Below are positions 37,814 to 48,997 of a DNA stretch of 64,000 nucleotides, piece by piece. The notes under the pieces were generated by a model, which had not been told where the DNA came from, did no database searches, and saw only the letters and a list, made by a program, of their open reading frames with translations. Both the position numbers and the translations under genes were made by a program. Origin of the DNA: an uncultured Bdellovibrionales bacterium (GTDB lineage: Bacteria > Patescibacteriota > Minisyncoccia > Moranbacterales > UBA9337); NCBI GenBank assembly GCA_964605525.1, contig CAZSCV010000002.1, positions 69,888 to 133,887 of the forward strand, given 5' to 3'. Position 1 is the first letter of the stretch. Every line of letters begins with the position of its first letter.

Positions 37814-39685
37814 TTATTCTTTGGCTGGAGTTTCGGCAGGAACAATTCTGATAAAATTATCCGGCCGGTTATCAATATTCAATTCCCATTCCGGGAGGGA
37901 ACTTTCACTGTAATAATAATGCGCCGAGAGAGTATCTTTGTTCTTTTTTTTGTTAGATTCCAGTTTTTCAAAATAACGCATTTTTCCTCTGCGAGTGATG
38001 ACAAAATAATCTATGGAATTTTTTGTAGAATTTACCGAATAGTTGGTAGTGCAAGTGCCTGAAAAAAATTCACATACTCCGTAATAATCCGACCAGACAG
38101 TCAATTCTTTGGCGCCAGGAAGGCTATTGAGGTATTTGGCGGCCTCAAACCCTCCATATCCCCAGGAATCAGCTATAATGTATTTTTTGGGCAGTAGGTT
38201 ATTTGTGTAATTGAGATAGAAGGGCTTGGCAAGAATTATTGGAAGTGCCAAGGAGAAAACAAGAGCAACTGTCAAAATAAGCTTGTTGCCTTTTTTAAGT
38301 ACAAAAGCAGATGAAAGCATGGAATAGAAAGAAATCGCCGCTAGAAAATATGCCGCTGGATACAATATAATATCATAGCGAATTATGGCAAATAAATTTT
38401 TCGAAAGAACAGCTCCAAAAAAAGATAGTATGAAAAAAGAAAGTGAAAATGAAATAAAATGAAATGGATTTTTCTTGAAAAAAATTGACCTGATCCAATG
38501 TGCCAGCATTAAAAAAATAACAACAGGTTGGAGGGAAAAAACAAAAATTTTAAATTCAAGCATGACTTTTTCAAAAAAAGACGTTCCTTCGGGAAAAAAT
38601 TTCACATCAAATGGAATTTCGCTTATTTGGAGAAAATTGCCCCCAATCGACCAATTCAGTAAAACTGCAAGAAAAATAAATGCCAAAACTGAATAAACGA
38701 CTGAAGAAATAACAAATCTGGCTTTGTGCAGAAAATTTGATATTTTCAAAAAGAGGCTTGCTTTTATTTTTACGCACAGAATCAGGATTATTAATAGCGC
38801 AAGTATGCAAATAAGAAATACGGGAATTCCTTCATATAGTAGCGTTCCTTTTAAAAGAATTGAGAAATCTAATAATGAAGCCGGAAGAAATATGGCGAAC
38901 ACAACCACTGAGGTCAAAATTGTCAGCACGTAACCTGTGATAAGTTTTTTTACATCCCTTCCGAGAAGCTCCGCATCAGATGAAGATTTTCTAAAGAAAA
39001 ATATCCAGGCAAGTATGATGGAAAAAAAATAAATGAAAAGAAAGGTGCTGGTATATTTGCAAAGCAAGCTTAATCCCAAAAAAATACCGCTCAAAAAACT
39101 CAAAGGAAATTCTTTCTTGATTATAAAAGCGAGAAATAATAGAACAGAGGCAAAAGTGCAAGACCAAATTAAGGCATCAGGATTTATGACCTGGGAAATT
39201 CCGACAAGAATAGGGGATAGGGACATAATAAAGACAGCCAAAAAAGAAAACGGCTTATTTCCGGTCAATTTGTTGGTAATCCAATAAAAAGATAACAACG
39301 AAAGCGCGGACCAGATCAACAAGGGGATTCGGAAGAAAAAATTTCTTTTTATTGTTGATTTTTCCCTGGCTTCACCGAAAGATTCACTGTCGCCGGAAAC
39401 AGTTGTTTCTCTGGGAAATTGATTGAAGTTTCTGTTTAAAAAATAACCGGCACCGTCTATGAGGGCTAATGTGATTCCGGGCTTGTCATTTATGTAGGTT
39501 TTTTCAAATTCTCCACTGGAAATACCCTTCCAATAATGAGGAATTCTTTCATATTTCCAAAGCTGTTCATCTGGGGATACGAAATTTGTTAAATGAAAAA
39601 AACCGAATGATAAAAATATAAAAGCCGGCAAAACGGCAAAAATCGCGGATTTTTTTTGTAATAATTTCAGAATACGTATGCGCAT
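37814..39685 (-). CDS. GT-C glycosyltransferase (ArnT/GT39-like), subfamily 1
   Basis: Multi-TM; DE after first helix, NDKPG, INPD, GLSLLCKY. Confidence 0.85.
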   Translation of the reverse strand: MRIRILKLLQKKSAIFAVLPAFIFLSFGFFHLTNFVSPDEQLWKYERIPHYWKGISSGEFEKTYINDKPGITLALIDGAGYFLNRNFNQFPRETTVSGDSESFGEAREKSTIKRNFFFRIPLLIWSALSLLSFYWITNKLTGNKPFSFLAVFIMSLSPILVGISQVINPDALIWSCTFASVLLFLAFIIKKEFPLSFLSGIFLGLSLLCKYTSTFLFIYFFSIILAWIFFFRKSSSDAELLGRDVKKLITGYVLTILTSVVVFAIFLPASLLDFSILLKGTLLYEGIPVFLICILALLIILILCVKIKASLFLKISNFLHKARFVISSVVYSVLAFIFLAVLLNWSIGGNFLQISEIPFDVKFFPEGTSFFEKVMLEFKIFVFSLQPVVIFLMLAHWIRSIFFKKNPFHFISFSLSFFILSFFGAVLSKNLFAIIRYDIILYPAAYFLAAISFYSMLSSAFVLKKGNKLILTVALVFSLALPIILAKPFYLNYTNNLLPKKYIIADSWGYGGFEAAKYLNSLPGAKELTVWSDYYGVCEFFSGTCTTNYSVNSTKNSIDYFVITRRGKMRYFEKLESNKKKNKDTLSAHYYYSESSLPEWELNIDNRPDNFIRIVPAETPAKE

Positions 39686-39755
39686 ATTAATATCAAAGCA
39701 AGTAGACAACAAGGATAGCAAATACCAGAAAGACGGCTGATTATGGAAATTTTTT

Positions 39756-41639
39756 TTATTCCATTATTAATAGCTGTTTGGCGTCAACAACTTTGACAAA
39801 ATTATCCGGCCGACCGGCTATCTCCACCTTAAACGCATAATCCTCCGTGAGGTAGGCTTGCTCGAGGTCGATATAACTTTTGGCTGAGGTTTCAGTTTTG
39901 AAAGTTTTAGACATCCGGCCGGTTGAAATAACGATGTAATCAAAATCTTTTCCCTTGATGTTTTTGGGATCAAGTCCAATTTCACAGCGTCCGGAGAAAA
40001 CCGCGCAAACAGCGCCTTTGTCCGACCAAATGACAAGATTCTGCGGATTGGGAAGAGAATTTAAATAGGCTGCGGCTTCATATGATCCATCCCCCATATC
40101 TTTTAAATTAACAACATATTTTTTGGGAAGAATCTCAGAATTATATGCAAAATAGAAAGGCTTGATTGAAACAAGACTGTAAATCAAGGAAAATGCAAAT
40201 AATATTGAAATTATAATTTGATGTTTCTCGAATCTTTTAATCTGGACAAAATGCGCAAGTGCCATTCCGGCAATAATAAAAAAGAGGGGATAGAGCATTA
40301 CTTGATAACGCACCACCGCAACAGCGCCACTAGCAGTCGAGGCAATGTAATAAATAAAAATAAACAACAAGAAATAAAAAACATTTTTTATTGCGTAAAT
40401 ATCCTTTTCTTTATGCCAAACAATGAGAGCAGTGATGTAAGAAATAACCGAAACAAGTACCAGTGGAGAAACAGCAAAAATAAGGCTGTACACTTCCGCC
40501 AATATTTTCCCGCTAAATACTGCCGGGGAGAACAAGTCGTTCGTTCCCTTTGGAGAAGCGATTATTTGCATAAAGTCGCCAAAGCGCATTCCCGAATAAA
40601 CATTAACAATTACGGCAATCATCAAAAAAAGAAAAAATCCTAAAAATAACAATACCAGAGTTTTTCGATAAGGGGTGATTTTTTCCAAAATTGTTTTAAT
40701 TATCTTTGATTTCAGAAAAAAGAAATCCAATCCGATAAAAAACAATATAGCACAAAATAAAGGCAGGAATGGCACAAAGGTTTTGTTTAAAAACGTTCCC
40801 TCTAGGAGCATTATGGGCTTTACCCAAACGGCAGGGAAAAAAATGAAAAAAGTCGCCAGTGAGGATGCAATCAAAATCAGATAACCAATCATTTTATTCC
40901 TCAAATAAACAAAAAATTCAGTTTGCTTTGCGGCAAAAATAAAATCAATGAATATGAGCAGGAAAAAATAAACATAGAGAACATTGGACACATATTTTGT
41001 AAGCAGAGAAAGACCCAAGAAAATTCCAGCAATAGCGGAAAATTTAAATTTATCTTCTTTTAGGTACGCCAAAAAAGAAAGCAACGCAAGTGGCGCAAAA
41101 ATCCAAATCAACGAATCCGGATTAATAATAAGCGACATCCCCAGAAGAATCGGAGAGAGTCCTATGAATATGGTTGAAAAATTAGCCGTGGATTTTCCGA
41201 ACATTTTTCGGATAAAAAAATAAAACAAAGGAAGAAAGAGTAGTGAAAGAAGATAAATCGGCAGGCGAAAAAAGAAATTTATTGAGTTGATAATTTCCAA
41301 TTGTTCTGAAGTTTTGGGTTTTTGCCTCAGTGTTTTGTAATCCATCGGGTCATATTTTAAAAGACCCAATCCGGAAAATATTGCGACAGTCACTCCCGGC
41401 TTGTCATTAATATTGGTTCGGCTGAATTTCGGTTTGGTTACTCCGCTCCAAAACTTCGAAGTTCTGTCATAAGTCCAATATGGCTCGTCCACCGCGGAAT
41501 ATTTGTCCAAGCGCGGAAGTCCGAAAAAAAGATTAACAGCAATAATCGAACTAAGCAACAAAATCGCCCCTAGTTCTTTTTTGAAAAAAATTTTCATATA
41601 CTTTGCCGCATCATCTGATAATTTTCTTAGTGTTTTCAT
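39756..41639 (-). CDS. GT-C glycosyltransferase (ArnT/GT39-like), subfamily 1
   Basis: AVDEPYW, NDKPG, INPDSL, GLSLLTKY; paralogue of neighbours. Confidence 0.85.
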   Translation of the reverse strand: MKTLRKLSDDAAKYMKIFFKKELGAILLLSSIIAVNLFFGLPRLDKYSAVDEPYWTYDRTSKFWSGVTKPKFSRTNINDKPGVTVAIFSGLGLLKYDPMDYKTLRQKPKTSEQLEIINSINFFFRLPIYLLSLLFLPLFYFFIRKMFGKSTANFSTIFIGLSPILLGMSLIINPDSLIWIFAPLALLSFLAYLKEDKFKFSAIAGIFLGLSLLTKYVSNVLYVYFFLLIFIDFIFAAKQTEFFVYLRNKMIGYLILIASSLATFFIFFPAVWVKPIMLLEGTFLNKTFVPFLPLFCAILFFIGLDFFFLKSKIIKTILEKITPYRKTLVLLFLGFFLFLMIAVIVNVYSGMRFGDFMQIIASPKGTNDLFSPAVFSGKILAEVYSLIFAVSPLVLVSVISYITALIVWHKEKDIYAIKNVFYFLLFIFIYYIASTASGAVAVVRYQVMLYPLFFIIAGMALAHFVQIKRFEKHQIIISILFAFSLIYSLVSIKPFYFAYNSEILPKKYVVNLKDMGDGSYEAAAYLNSLPNPQNLVIWSDKGAVCAVFSGRCEIGLDPKNIKGKDFDYIVISTGRMSKTFKTETSAKSYIDLEQAYLTEDYAFKVEIAGRPDNFVKVVDAKQLLIME

Positions 41640-41648
41640 AGATAAGTT

Positions 41649-43877
41649 TTATCTTAATTTTATTATGCGAACATACTGACTTTCACGATTATTTATTTTT
41701 AATTGCCAGAAAATATCATTTCCTTCAAGCTCATAGTATTGCCCGAAGCTCAATGGATCGTTGGGTTTTGACCGACTTCTCTTTTTTGTCCGGCTTTCTC
41801 TTCCTGATGAAATAACTACATATTCAATTTGAATATTCTGAAGTTCCAGCTTGTCATATCCAGTATAGCAAATTCCTGCAAAAAAGTTGCATACTCCGGA
41901 TTTATCCGTCCAAATAACCGTTTCTTCCGCGTCAGGAAGTTGATTAAGAAACTGCGCCGCTTCATATGACCCACTTCCCATATCCTTCAAATTAAGCGAA
42001 TACTCGCGAGGAAGGAAAACGGAAGCGTAGCTTAGATAAAAAGGATGATTCAGCCAGAGGGAGATAATCCCAGCAGAGATTATTAGCAAGATAGGAACGA
42101 TTACTAGAGAAAGAATACCTAGTTTTATACGCTCAAACAATGTTTTTATTCCCAATCCTGCGGCGGTTAAAATTAGCGGGAAAGCCATTATTTGATAGCG
42201 GGTTATCAATGCGACATTGGTCATAATTGATCCGGCATAATAAAGCAGAGTAAAAAATATGAGAAAAATAAAATAGCGTTTTTGGGCGGAATATTTCTTG
42301 GAAAAAGCAAAAAATAATCCGCTTGCAATTCCCAATATTGCAATGGGATGGATGGCAAAAATTAAAGCATAAAAATCAGCAAAAAAAGTATTCAGGGAGC
42401 CGATTTTTTTGATTGATTTTGGGGATTGGAGAATTTCTTCAAAATTCCAAAAATGCATTCCGAGATAAACATTGAAAAGTACGATTAATATTGAAAGAGT
42501 AAAAATTGATCCAATAAAAATAAAAATGAACCTTCTTTTTTTTGCAAAAAAACTCAAAATTGAAGAAAACAAGATATTTTTAAATAAAAAAGTGTCGAAT
42601 ACTAATAACGCAAAAAAAGACAACAGATATGCGGAAGTTGATTGAAATGCCTGGCTGTGGATGGTTGCTTTTAGGATTATTTCCGGGTTAACCCAAGATG
42701 CCGGACAGAAAAGATAAAAAACGGCTAGAGAAATAAAAATTATAGAAAGATAGTTATAAACCGATTCTCTTAAATATATTTTTAAAGAAGGGTATTTTTT
42801 TACGTTTAAAATATATTCAAGAAAAATAAGAAAAAAGAAAAAAATGAAAAGAATATTAGCGACATACTTTGTTAGAAGTGCCAATCCTAAAAATATTCCG
42901 GACCATAAAATAAAAATTTTTGATTTTCTTTTTAAATAAGAAAAATAAGAAAAAATCGACGCGGAAGTAAAAATCCAGAGTAAGGAGTCTGGATTGATTA
43001 TGCGGACCATCCCGATCAATATCGGAGAGAGTCCGATAAATGCGATTGAATACAGCGCTGATTTTTTTCCGGAAAAACGTTCAATGAAAAAATAAAGAAT
43101 TGGAATAAAAAATGCAGCGAAAACAAGGATGGGGAAGCGAAGCGCAAGATTCATTTCTTCAAAATTTTTCGTTGAAGCAAAAATTCTACTACTCCATTTA
43201 ATTGGAGCGTAATTTTCGGGCGTTATCCAATTCAATCCGATCCCTGAAATAATTGAAACTGTGATCCCGGGCTTATCACTGACAAAGGTTCTTTCCCATT
43301 CATGTTTTTCAAGTGCCAGCCAATATTTCTCAATTCGGCCGAAAGTCCAAAGAGCTTCATCCACGGCTGCAAATTTTTGCACATTAAAGCTTGAAAATCC
43401 AAAGAAAGCAAAGGCAATCAAAAAAACGGATGCCAGTGTTAATACTCCTTGTTCCTGCAACCAATTTCCAATTGATACCGCAGTGGAAAATTTTTCCGGC
43501 TGATGTTTTTTAAGCAAATACTTCCAAGATAAAAAAATAACCGCCACCGCTAAAAAGATATTCGCAAAAGCAAAGACCGCTAGGTGGAACTGGAAACCAT
43601 TAACTGCGACAAAAATTTGAGCAGGAAGAAGAACGAAAACGGTTTTTTTGAAAAAAATTTCAAATGCAAACTTTTCTTCAAAATAAGCAATCAAACCTAA
43701 TGATACTATTAAAACTGTTAAGTAAAGGAAATATAGGATGTCACCTGGAATTAAAACAGGAAAATAGGGGTTTTTCTCCATTTTTATCAAAAAAATAAAA
43801 AAAAGCATTAAAATTGAAAAAAATGCCAGAAGTTTGGGATAATAGTTGGAAAATATTTCATTCAAAAGCTTGTTCAT
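41649..43877 (-). CDS. GT-C glycosyltransferase (ArnT/GT39-like), subfamily 1
   Basis: AVDEALW, SDKPG, INPDSL, GLALLTKY. Confidence 0.85.
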   Translation of the reverse strand: MNKLLNEIFSNYYPKLLAFFSILMLFFIFLIKMEKNPYFPVLIPGDILYFLYLTVLIVSLGLIAYFEEKFAFEIFFKKTVFVLLPAQIFVAVNGFQFHLAVFAFANIFLAVAVIFLSWKYLLKKHQPEKFSTAVSIGNWLQEQGVLTLASVFLIAFAFFGFSSFNVQKFAAVDEALWTFGRIEKYWLALEKHEWERTFVSDKPGITVSIISGIGLNWITPENYAPIKWSSRIFASTKNFEEMNLALRFPILVFAAFFIPILYFFIERFSGKKSALYSIAFIGLSPILIGMVRIINPDSLLWIFTSASIFSYFSYLKRKSKIFILWSGIFLGLALLTKYVANILFIFFFFLIFLEYILNVKKYPSLKIYLRESVYNYLSIIFISLAVFYLFCPASWVNPEIILKATIHSQAFQSTSAYLLSFFALLVFDTFLFKNILFSSILSFFAKKRRFIFIFIGSIFTLSILIVLFNVYLGMHFWNFEEILQSPKSIKKIGSLNTFFADFYALIFAIHPIAILGIASGLFFAFSKKYSAQKRYFIFLIFFTLLYYAGSIMTNVALITRYQIMAFPLILTAAGLGIKTLFERIKLGILSLVIVPILLIISAGIISLWLNHPFYLSYASVFLPREYSLNLKDMGSGSYEAAQFLNQLPDAEETVIWTDKSGVCNFFAGICYTGYDKLELQNIQIEYVVISSGRESRTKKRSRSKPNDPLSFGQYYELEGNDIFWQLKINNRESQYVRIIKLR

Positions 43878-43962
43878 GTCTATTAATATCGCTTTTTTAA
43901 TAAAAATATGTTAAAATAAGTAGGAATTAAAAAACCTTATTTTCCATTATATCGCATTTACA

Positions 43963-45726
43963 ATGATACGCAAACTGTCAAGTTTCCTCAAAAATAATTG
44001 GTTCGTACTTCTCATCTCTGTCATTTTTTTGGTTGGAATTTTTTTGCGTTCTTTTCATTTTTCCGATTGGATGCATTTTGAATTGGATCAAGAGAGAGAT
44101 GCGCACCTAATCAGCAAAGCCATTGAAAATGGTCCGGCAGAACTCCCGCTTCTCGGTCCGCGGGCGAGCGGATCATTTTTGCGCCTCGGTCCGGTTTTTT
44201 ATTACTTGGAATACCTGAGCGCACTGGCATTTGGAAATACTCCGCAAGGAATTGCCGGGGTTGTTTTGCTTTTTTCAATCGCTTCACTTCCTTTGTTTTT
44301 TTATTTCTTCCGAATATATTTTGACAGGAGAATTTCTTTGATGCTTCTTTCTCTTTATGCGGTTTCTTTATATTTCGTGATGTATTCTCGATTTGCTTGG
44401 AATCCGAATTTGCTTCCGTTTTTCATTCTGCTGTTCTTTTATTCCTTGCTAAGGATAATAAAAACGGATGAAAAAAATAAAGGCAAGTGGCTTTTAATAT
44501 GTTCATTTTCCTTGGCAATCACTACCCAGCTTCATTTTGTAGCATTCATAAGCTTGCCGGTGATTTTTGCTTTCGGAATAATATTCAAACGAACAAGAAT
44601 AAATTGGCGCTATTGGTTGGGATTTATTTTCATTTTGCTTCTTTTTTATTCTCCAATGATTATTAATGAATACAAAACAGGGGGAGAAAACGCGCAAGAA
44701 TTTTTCAAAGCAATTACAGAGAAATCGGGAGATGGCGAAAATGTAAGCATTGTTAAAAAAGCAGTCATTGATTATATTAAAACATCTCGTTATTATTCTG
44801 TTCTGTTGACTGGAAGGGATGACAGTGATTTTTTGAGAATAAATTTTGAAGATATAAAAAATCAGAATACGAATTGCAAGTATTGCTGGAGGGATTTTCC
44901 GTTGGGAATAATGAGTTCGCTTTTTTTTCTGGTTGGGATATGGCTGTCTGTTTGGATATGGAGAAAAGAGTCTGATGAACAAAAGAAGGATTTTATTTTA
45001 CTTAATTTGGTTTGGATATTTTTTGTTTTTCTTTTATTTGTCCCCCTGGCACTTGAAATATCTCCGCGATTTTTCTTATTATCCGCTTTTTCCCCATTTT
45101 TTCTTCTGGGCGTGGTTTTGAATTATTTTTTTCGAACAAAAAAGGCTATCGTTTCTTGGATAATCTTCCTGATTCTCATCTCGCTTGGCATTCAATCAGT
45201 AAAAATGCGTTTTAATGAGCTTTCCAGGGCGCCATTTGAAAATATTTGGAGTCAAAAAGATGTGATTCTTAAAGAGAAAAAAAGGGTGACTCTCGAGCAA
45301 GAAGAAATGATTATTGCTTATATGGAAAAAATAAGCCGGGAAAACGGAGAGCCGATATTTTTCGAAGCCGATCCGGAATATTCCAATGCATTTGAATATT
45401 TTCTGGAGAAAAATCCGGCGCTTTTTGATGACATTAGCAGTAAAAATATTTATCGGCAAGGAAATTATTTCTCAATTCAATCGATTAATAGTCTTGAGGA
45501 AGTATATTTAGGTAAGCTGTCCAAAAAATTCACATTGCTGGATGCCACGCAATTTGGAACTCTCACGGTAGTCCGGATGCAGCCAAAAGAAGAGGCTATT
45601 ACGGAGGATGCGAAAGATTTTAATGAGCCACCTAAGAAAAAATCCAGGTCGAAAGCTCCAAAACGTTATGTGTGGAGAGAAATATTTGACCAGGGTTTTA
45701 TTAATGAAGATGATGAAGATGAATAA
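43963..45726 (+). CDS. GT-C glycosyltransferase (GT39-like), subfamily 2
   Basis: DQERD, LPLLGPRA, LGP.FYY, SRFAWNPN, QLH. Confidence 0.85.
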   Translation: MIRKLSSFLKNNWFVLLISVIFLVGIFLRSFHFSDWMHFELDQERDAHLISKAIENGPAELPLLGPRASGSFLRLGPVFYYLEYLSALAFGNTPQGIAGVVLLFSIASLPLFFYFFRIYFDRRISLMLLSLYAVSLYFVMYSRFAWNPNLLPFFILLFFYSLLRIIKTDEKNKGKWLLICSFSLAITTQLHFVAFISLPVIFAFGIIFKRTRINWRYWLGFIFILLLFYSPMIINEYKTGGENAQEFFKAITEKSGDGENVSIVKKAVIDYIKTSRYYSVLLTGRDDSDFLRINFEDIKNQNTNCKYCWRDFPLGIMSSLFFLVGIWLSVWIWRKESDEQKKDFILLNLVWIFFVFLLFVPLALEISPRFFLLSAFSPFFLLGVVLNYFFRTKKAIVSWIIFLILISLGIQSVKMRFNELSRAPFENIWSQKDVILKEKKRVTLEQEEMIIAYMEKISRENGEPIFFEADPEYSNAFEYFLEKNPALFDDISSKNIYRQGNYFSIQSINSLEEVYLGKLSKKFTLLDATQFGTLTVVRMQPKEEAITEDAKDFNEPPKKKSRSKAPKRYVWREIFDQGFINEDDEDE

Positions 45727-47305
45727 TAAATTTTATTCGGGAATGTTGGTATTTTTTGGAATTATTATTCTAGTTGTTTTTTATTTTTTTCAAAAAAACA
45801 ATACTGCTAATATCCAGCGGGAAAATGAAGATAAATTTAAAGATATTGCGGTAAATATAGATCTTGAAGCTTTAAAATTCAAGCCATTATCCTTTCCTGA
45901 CCGGGAATGTAATATTTTAAATTATGGAGCCGAGGAAAGTGGAAAAAAACTGGCAACTGAAGCCATCCGGCAAGCCATAGATGATTGTGCCAAGCAGGGC
46001 GGAGGAAAAGTTGTTATTCCGACGGGAAAATGGAAGACAGGCGCAATTCATCTTAAAAGCAATATCAACTTATATCTCGAAGATAATTCCCAGTTAATCT
46101 TCAGCTCAAACCCGCAAAATTATCTGCCGGTTGTTTTCTCGCGCTTTGAAGGTATGGAACTTTATAATTATTCGCCATTTATTTACGCGAAAGATTGCGA
46201 AAATGTAGCACTAGGCGGAAAAGGAGAAATCATCGGGCAGGGAGAAAAATGGAATGATTGGAATGATAAACAGAAATCCGCAGTCAATGAGCTTTATGAT
46301 ATGGCAGATAAAGATGTTCCGGTCGAAAAAAGGATTTTTGGGACTGAAAAAGCCGCTTTGCGTCCAAATTTTATTGAGTTTGTCGGATGCAGGAATGTTG
46401 AAATTTCCGGATTGACCATTATTGATGGTCCGATGTGGACGCTTCATCCTCTTTATTCGGAAAATGTATATATTCACGATTTAAATATAAAAACGAAAAG
46501 CCATAATACGGACGGAGTTGTGATTGACTCATCAAAAAATGTCTTGGTGGAAAATTGCAAATTTGAAACTGGCGATGATGCGGTTTCAATAAAATCCGGA
46601 TTGGATAATGATGGATGGCGGGTCGGCAGGTCGTCTGAAAACATCGTTATTAGAAAAATTTCGACAAAACGAGGGCACGGAAGCGTGAATATCGGAAGTG
46701 AGATGTCGGGCGGAGTTAAAAATGTTCTTGTTTATGATTGTGATTTTTTCAACACACAATCGGGAGTTCGAATAAAAACTTTGCGGGGGCGAGGGGGATT
46801 TGTGGAAAATGCCACTTTTTATGATATAAGAATGTTGGACGTTAATGATCCGATTATTATGGACTTACGTTATCCGGCATATACAGTTACTCCGAAAACC
46901 AAAGCTATGCCGAATATAAAAAATATTTTATTTAGCGATATTAACAGTATCGCTTCCCGGAACGCGATTTTTATCAGAGGTTTTTCAGAAAAAGATAATC
47001 TGAGTGAAATATCCTTTAAAAATATTTCAATGAAAGCGCTGAACGGAGTATTAATAGACGGAGCGGAAAATTTAAAATTTGAAAATATCGACATAGATAT
47101 TGAAGTAAAAAAAGACAAATCGCTGGTTTCTGTCAGCGAGAGTTTCAATTTAATATTTAAAAAAATAAAATGCAATGATAATATTGAAATATGCTTCAGG
47201 ATATTGGGAGAGGAATTGGGAGGGATTGATCTGAAAGAATCCGGGATTTCAAATATCAATGAAAGAATGCAATTTACGCAAGATGAAAAATTTTTTGAAA
47301 ATTAA
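45719..47305 (+). CDS. Membrane-anchored glycoside hydrolase family 28 (polygalacturonase-like)
   Basis: Catalytic motifs NTDG, GDD, GHG, RIK and IGSEMSGG intact; N-terminal TM from ATG 45719. Confidence 0.92.
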   Translation: MNNKFYSGMLVFFGIIILVVFYFFQKNNTANIQRENEDKFKDIAVNIDLEALKFKPLSFPDRECNILNYGAEESGKKLATEAIRQAIDDCAKQGGGKVVIPTGKWKTGAIHLKSNINLYLEDNSQLIFSSNPQNYLPVVFSRFEGMELYNYSPFIYAKDCENVALGGKGEIIGQGEKWNDWNDKQKSAVNELYDMADKDVPVEKRIFGTEKAALRPNFIEFVGCRNVEISGLTIIDGPMWTLHPLYSENVYIHDLNIKTKSHNTDGVVIDSSKNVLVENCKFETGDDAVSIKSGLDNDGWRVGRSSENIVIRKISTKRGHGSVNIGSEMSGGVKNVLVYDCDFFNTQSGVRIKTLRGRGGFVENATFYDIRMLDVNDPIIMDLRYPAYTVTPKTKAMPNIKNILFSDINSIASRNAIFIRGFSEKDNLSEISFKNISMKALNGVLIDGAENLKFENIDIDIEVKKDKSLVSVSESFNLIFKKIKCNDNIEICFRILGEELGGIDLKESGISNINERMQFTQDEKFFEN

Positions 47306-47318
47306 ATAAAAAAATAAT

Positions 47319-48146
47319 ATGCATAAATTGCAAAAAAACCTCGGGGAATACTGGAATAAATTCAAATCGTTGATAGCGAAAAATAAAAAAGTTGTGGTTA
47401 TTGGTGTTGCATTGGCGGTGCTTTTACTTTCCGGTTTTTGGGTTTGGAGGGAATGTGAAGTTAATCGTCCCTTAAAAATTGGGATTATGTCTGACATTCA
47501 CGCCGCTAACGACAAAGTGCGAATGGCTGACAATGAACCGGCGGGCTATCCGAGAAAATATAAGGAATATTTTGCATCCGCTTTGGATAAAATGAAAGAA
47601 GAGAAGGTCGATGTGGTATTGGCACTAGGGGATAACACTAATGTGGGCAATCCAAAATATGCAAAAAGTCTAATGGAAATTATGGCAGAAAAAAAAGCGA
47701 GTGTTATGTGGGTAAAAGGAAATCATGACCGGACAAAAACCAAAGTAATGACCTATTTCGGAATCGACAAGACATACTATTTCCAAGATGTTAAAAATTG
47801 GCGTATAATTGTGCTGGATTCTTCATTTACCGGAAAAGATTATACTGGCGAAATAGACGCGGAGCAGATGAAATGGCTCAAGGAAGCGCTCAAAACCGAC
47901 AGACGCGTGATTATTGCAATGCATCATCCAATATTTAACAAGGAAAATTTGGAAAATATTTATCCGATTTACAAAGATTTTGTGGAAACTATTTCAAATA
48001 GTCACAATGTTAAGGATGTGTTTTTTGGACATTTTCACAAATATGATATGGTTAAGGAAATAAACGGAGTAAAATATCATCTCGTCCCATCATTGACCGG
48101 AAATGAAAACGAACCGATTTTTAAGATCATAGAATTTGAAGAATGA
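47319..48146 (+). CDS. Calcineurin-like metallophosphoesterase, membrane-anchored
   Basis: SDIH, LGD, GNHD, HHP, GHFH. Confidence 0.92.
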   Translation: MHKLQKNLGEYWNKFKSLIAKNKKVVVIGVALAVLLLSGFWVWRECEVNRPLKIGIMSDIHAANDKVRMADNEPAGYPRKYKEYFASALDKMKEEKVDVVLALGDNTNVGNPKYAKSLMEIMAEKKASVMWVKGNHDRTKTKVMTYFGIDKTYYFQDVKNWRIIVLDSSFTGKDYTGEIDAEQMKWLKEALKTDRRVIIAMHHPIFNKENLENIYPIYKDFVETISNSHNVKDVFFGHFHKYDMVKEINGVKYHLVPSLTGNENEPIFKIIEFEE

Positions 48147-48988
48147 AATTATTTATAAAGCAAAAAAATAAAATATTCATTACCTCGGTACTTTTTATTT
48201 TTGTGATCATTTTATTTGCAGGAGCATTGAAGATTGTGTTTTTTTGTGCAAGCAAAAAACATACGCCTGTCAAAATCGGGTGGGTAACAGATATTCATGC
48301 CGGGGGGCAAAGAGAGCGGAAACAAACAGAAAAGAATATTACATTTCCGCGGGAATATTCCAAATATCTGGATGCTGTTTTTAAAAAAATGAAGGCTGAG
48401 GGTATAAATTTTGTAATCACTTCCGGGGATAATACTGATAAAGGAGAAAATAAGTATGCGGAAAAGCTTGTCGCTATTGCCAGGGAAAATGAGATGAATG
48501 TTCTCTGGACAAAAGGCAACCACGATAGGGAAAAAAATGGCATAATGAAGCAACTGGGATTGGAAAAAAACTATTACACCTTTGATATCGGCAATGACGT
48601 AAGAATAATTATTTTAAATAATGCAAAAATCGACACTTATCCGAATGGTGAAATCGACGCGGAACAATTTGAGTGGTTCAAAGATGTTTTGAAAAATACT
48701 CGCAGAGGTAAAAAAATAATCATATCAATGCATGTTCCAATAATAGAACCGACTAAAAATTTTGTAATCACCCCTCAATATAAAGAATTTGAAAAACTGC
48801 TGAGAAAGAATAATAACATTATTTTTGTCCTATTTGGTCATCGGCATATGGAATTTAATGCGAAAATCAACGGGGTGCATTATTGGGCGGGAAATCCATT
48901 GACACTCAAAGATCACTTGGGAAGTTATTATATATTGGATATTGATAATGAAATTGTAATCTCTGCTGATTTAGCAGGTTTGGAATAA
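48143..48988 (+). CDS. Calcineurin-like metallophosphoesterase, membrane-anchored (paralogue)
   Basis: TDIH, SGD, GNHD, HVP, GHRH. Confidence 0.92.
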   Translation: MKLFIKQKNKIFITSVLFIFVIILFAGALKIVFFCASKKHTPVKIGWVTDIHAGGQRERKQTEKNITFPREYSKYLDAVFKKMKAEGINFVITSGDNTDKGENKYAEKLVAIARENEMNVLWTKGNHDREKNGIMKQLGLEKNYYTFDIGNDVRIIILNNAKIDTYPNGEIDAEQFEWFKDVLKNTRRGKKIIISMHVPIIEPTKNFVITPQYKEFEKLLRKNNNIIFVLFGHRHMEFNAKINGVHYWAGNPLTLKDHLGSYYILDIDNEIVISADLAGLE

Positions 48989-48997
48989 AAAAAAATT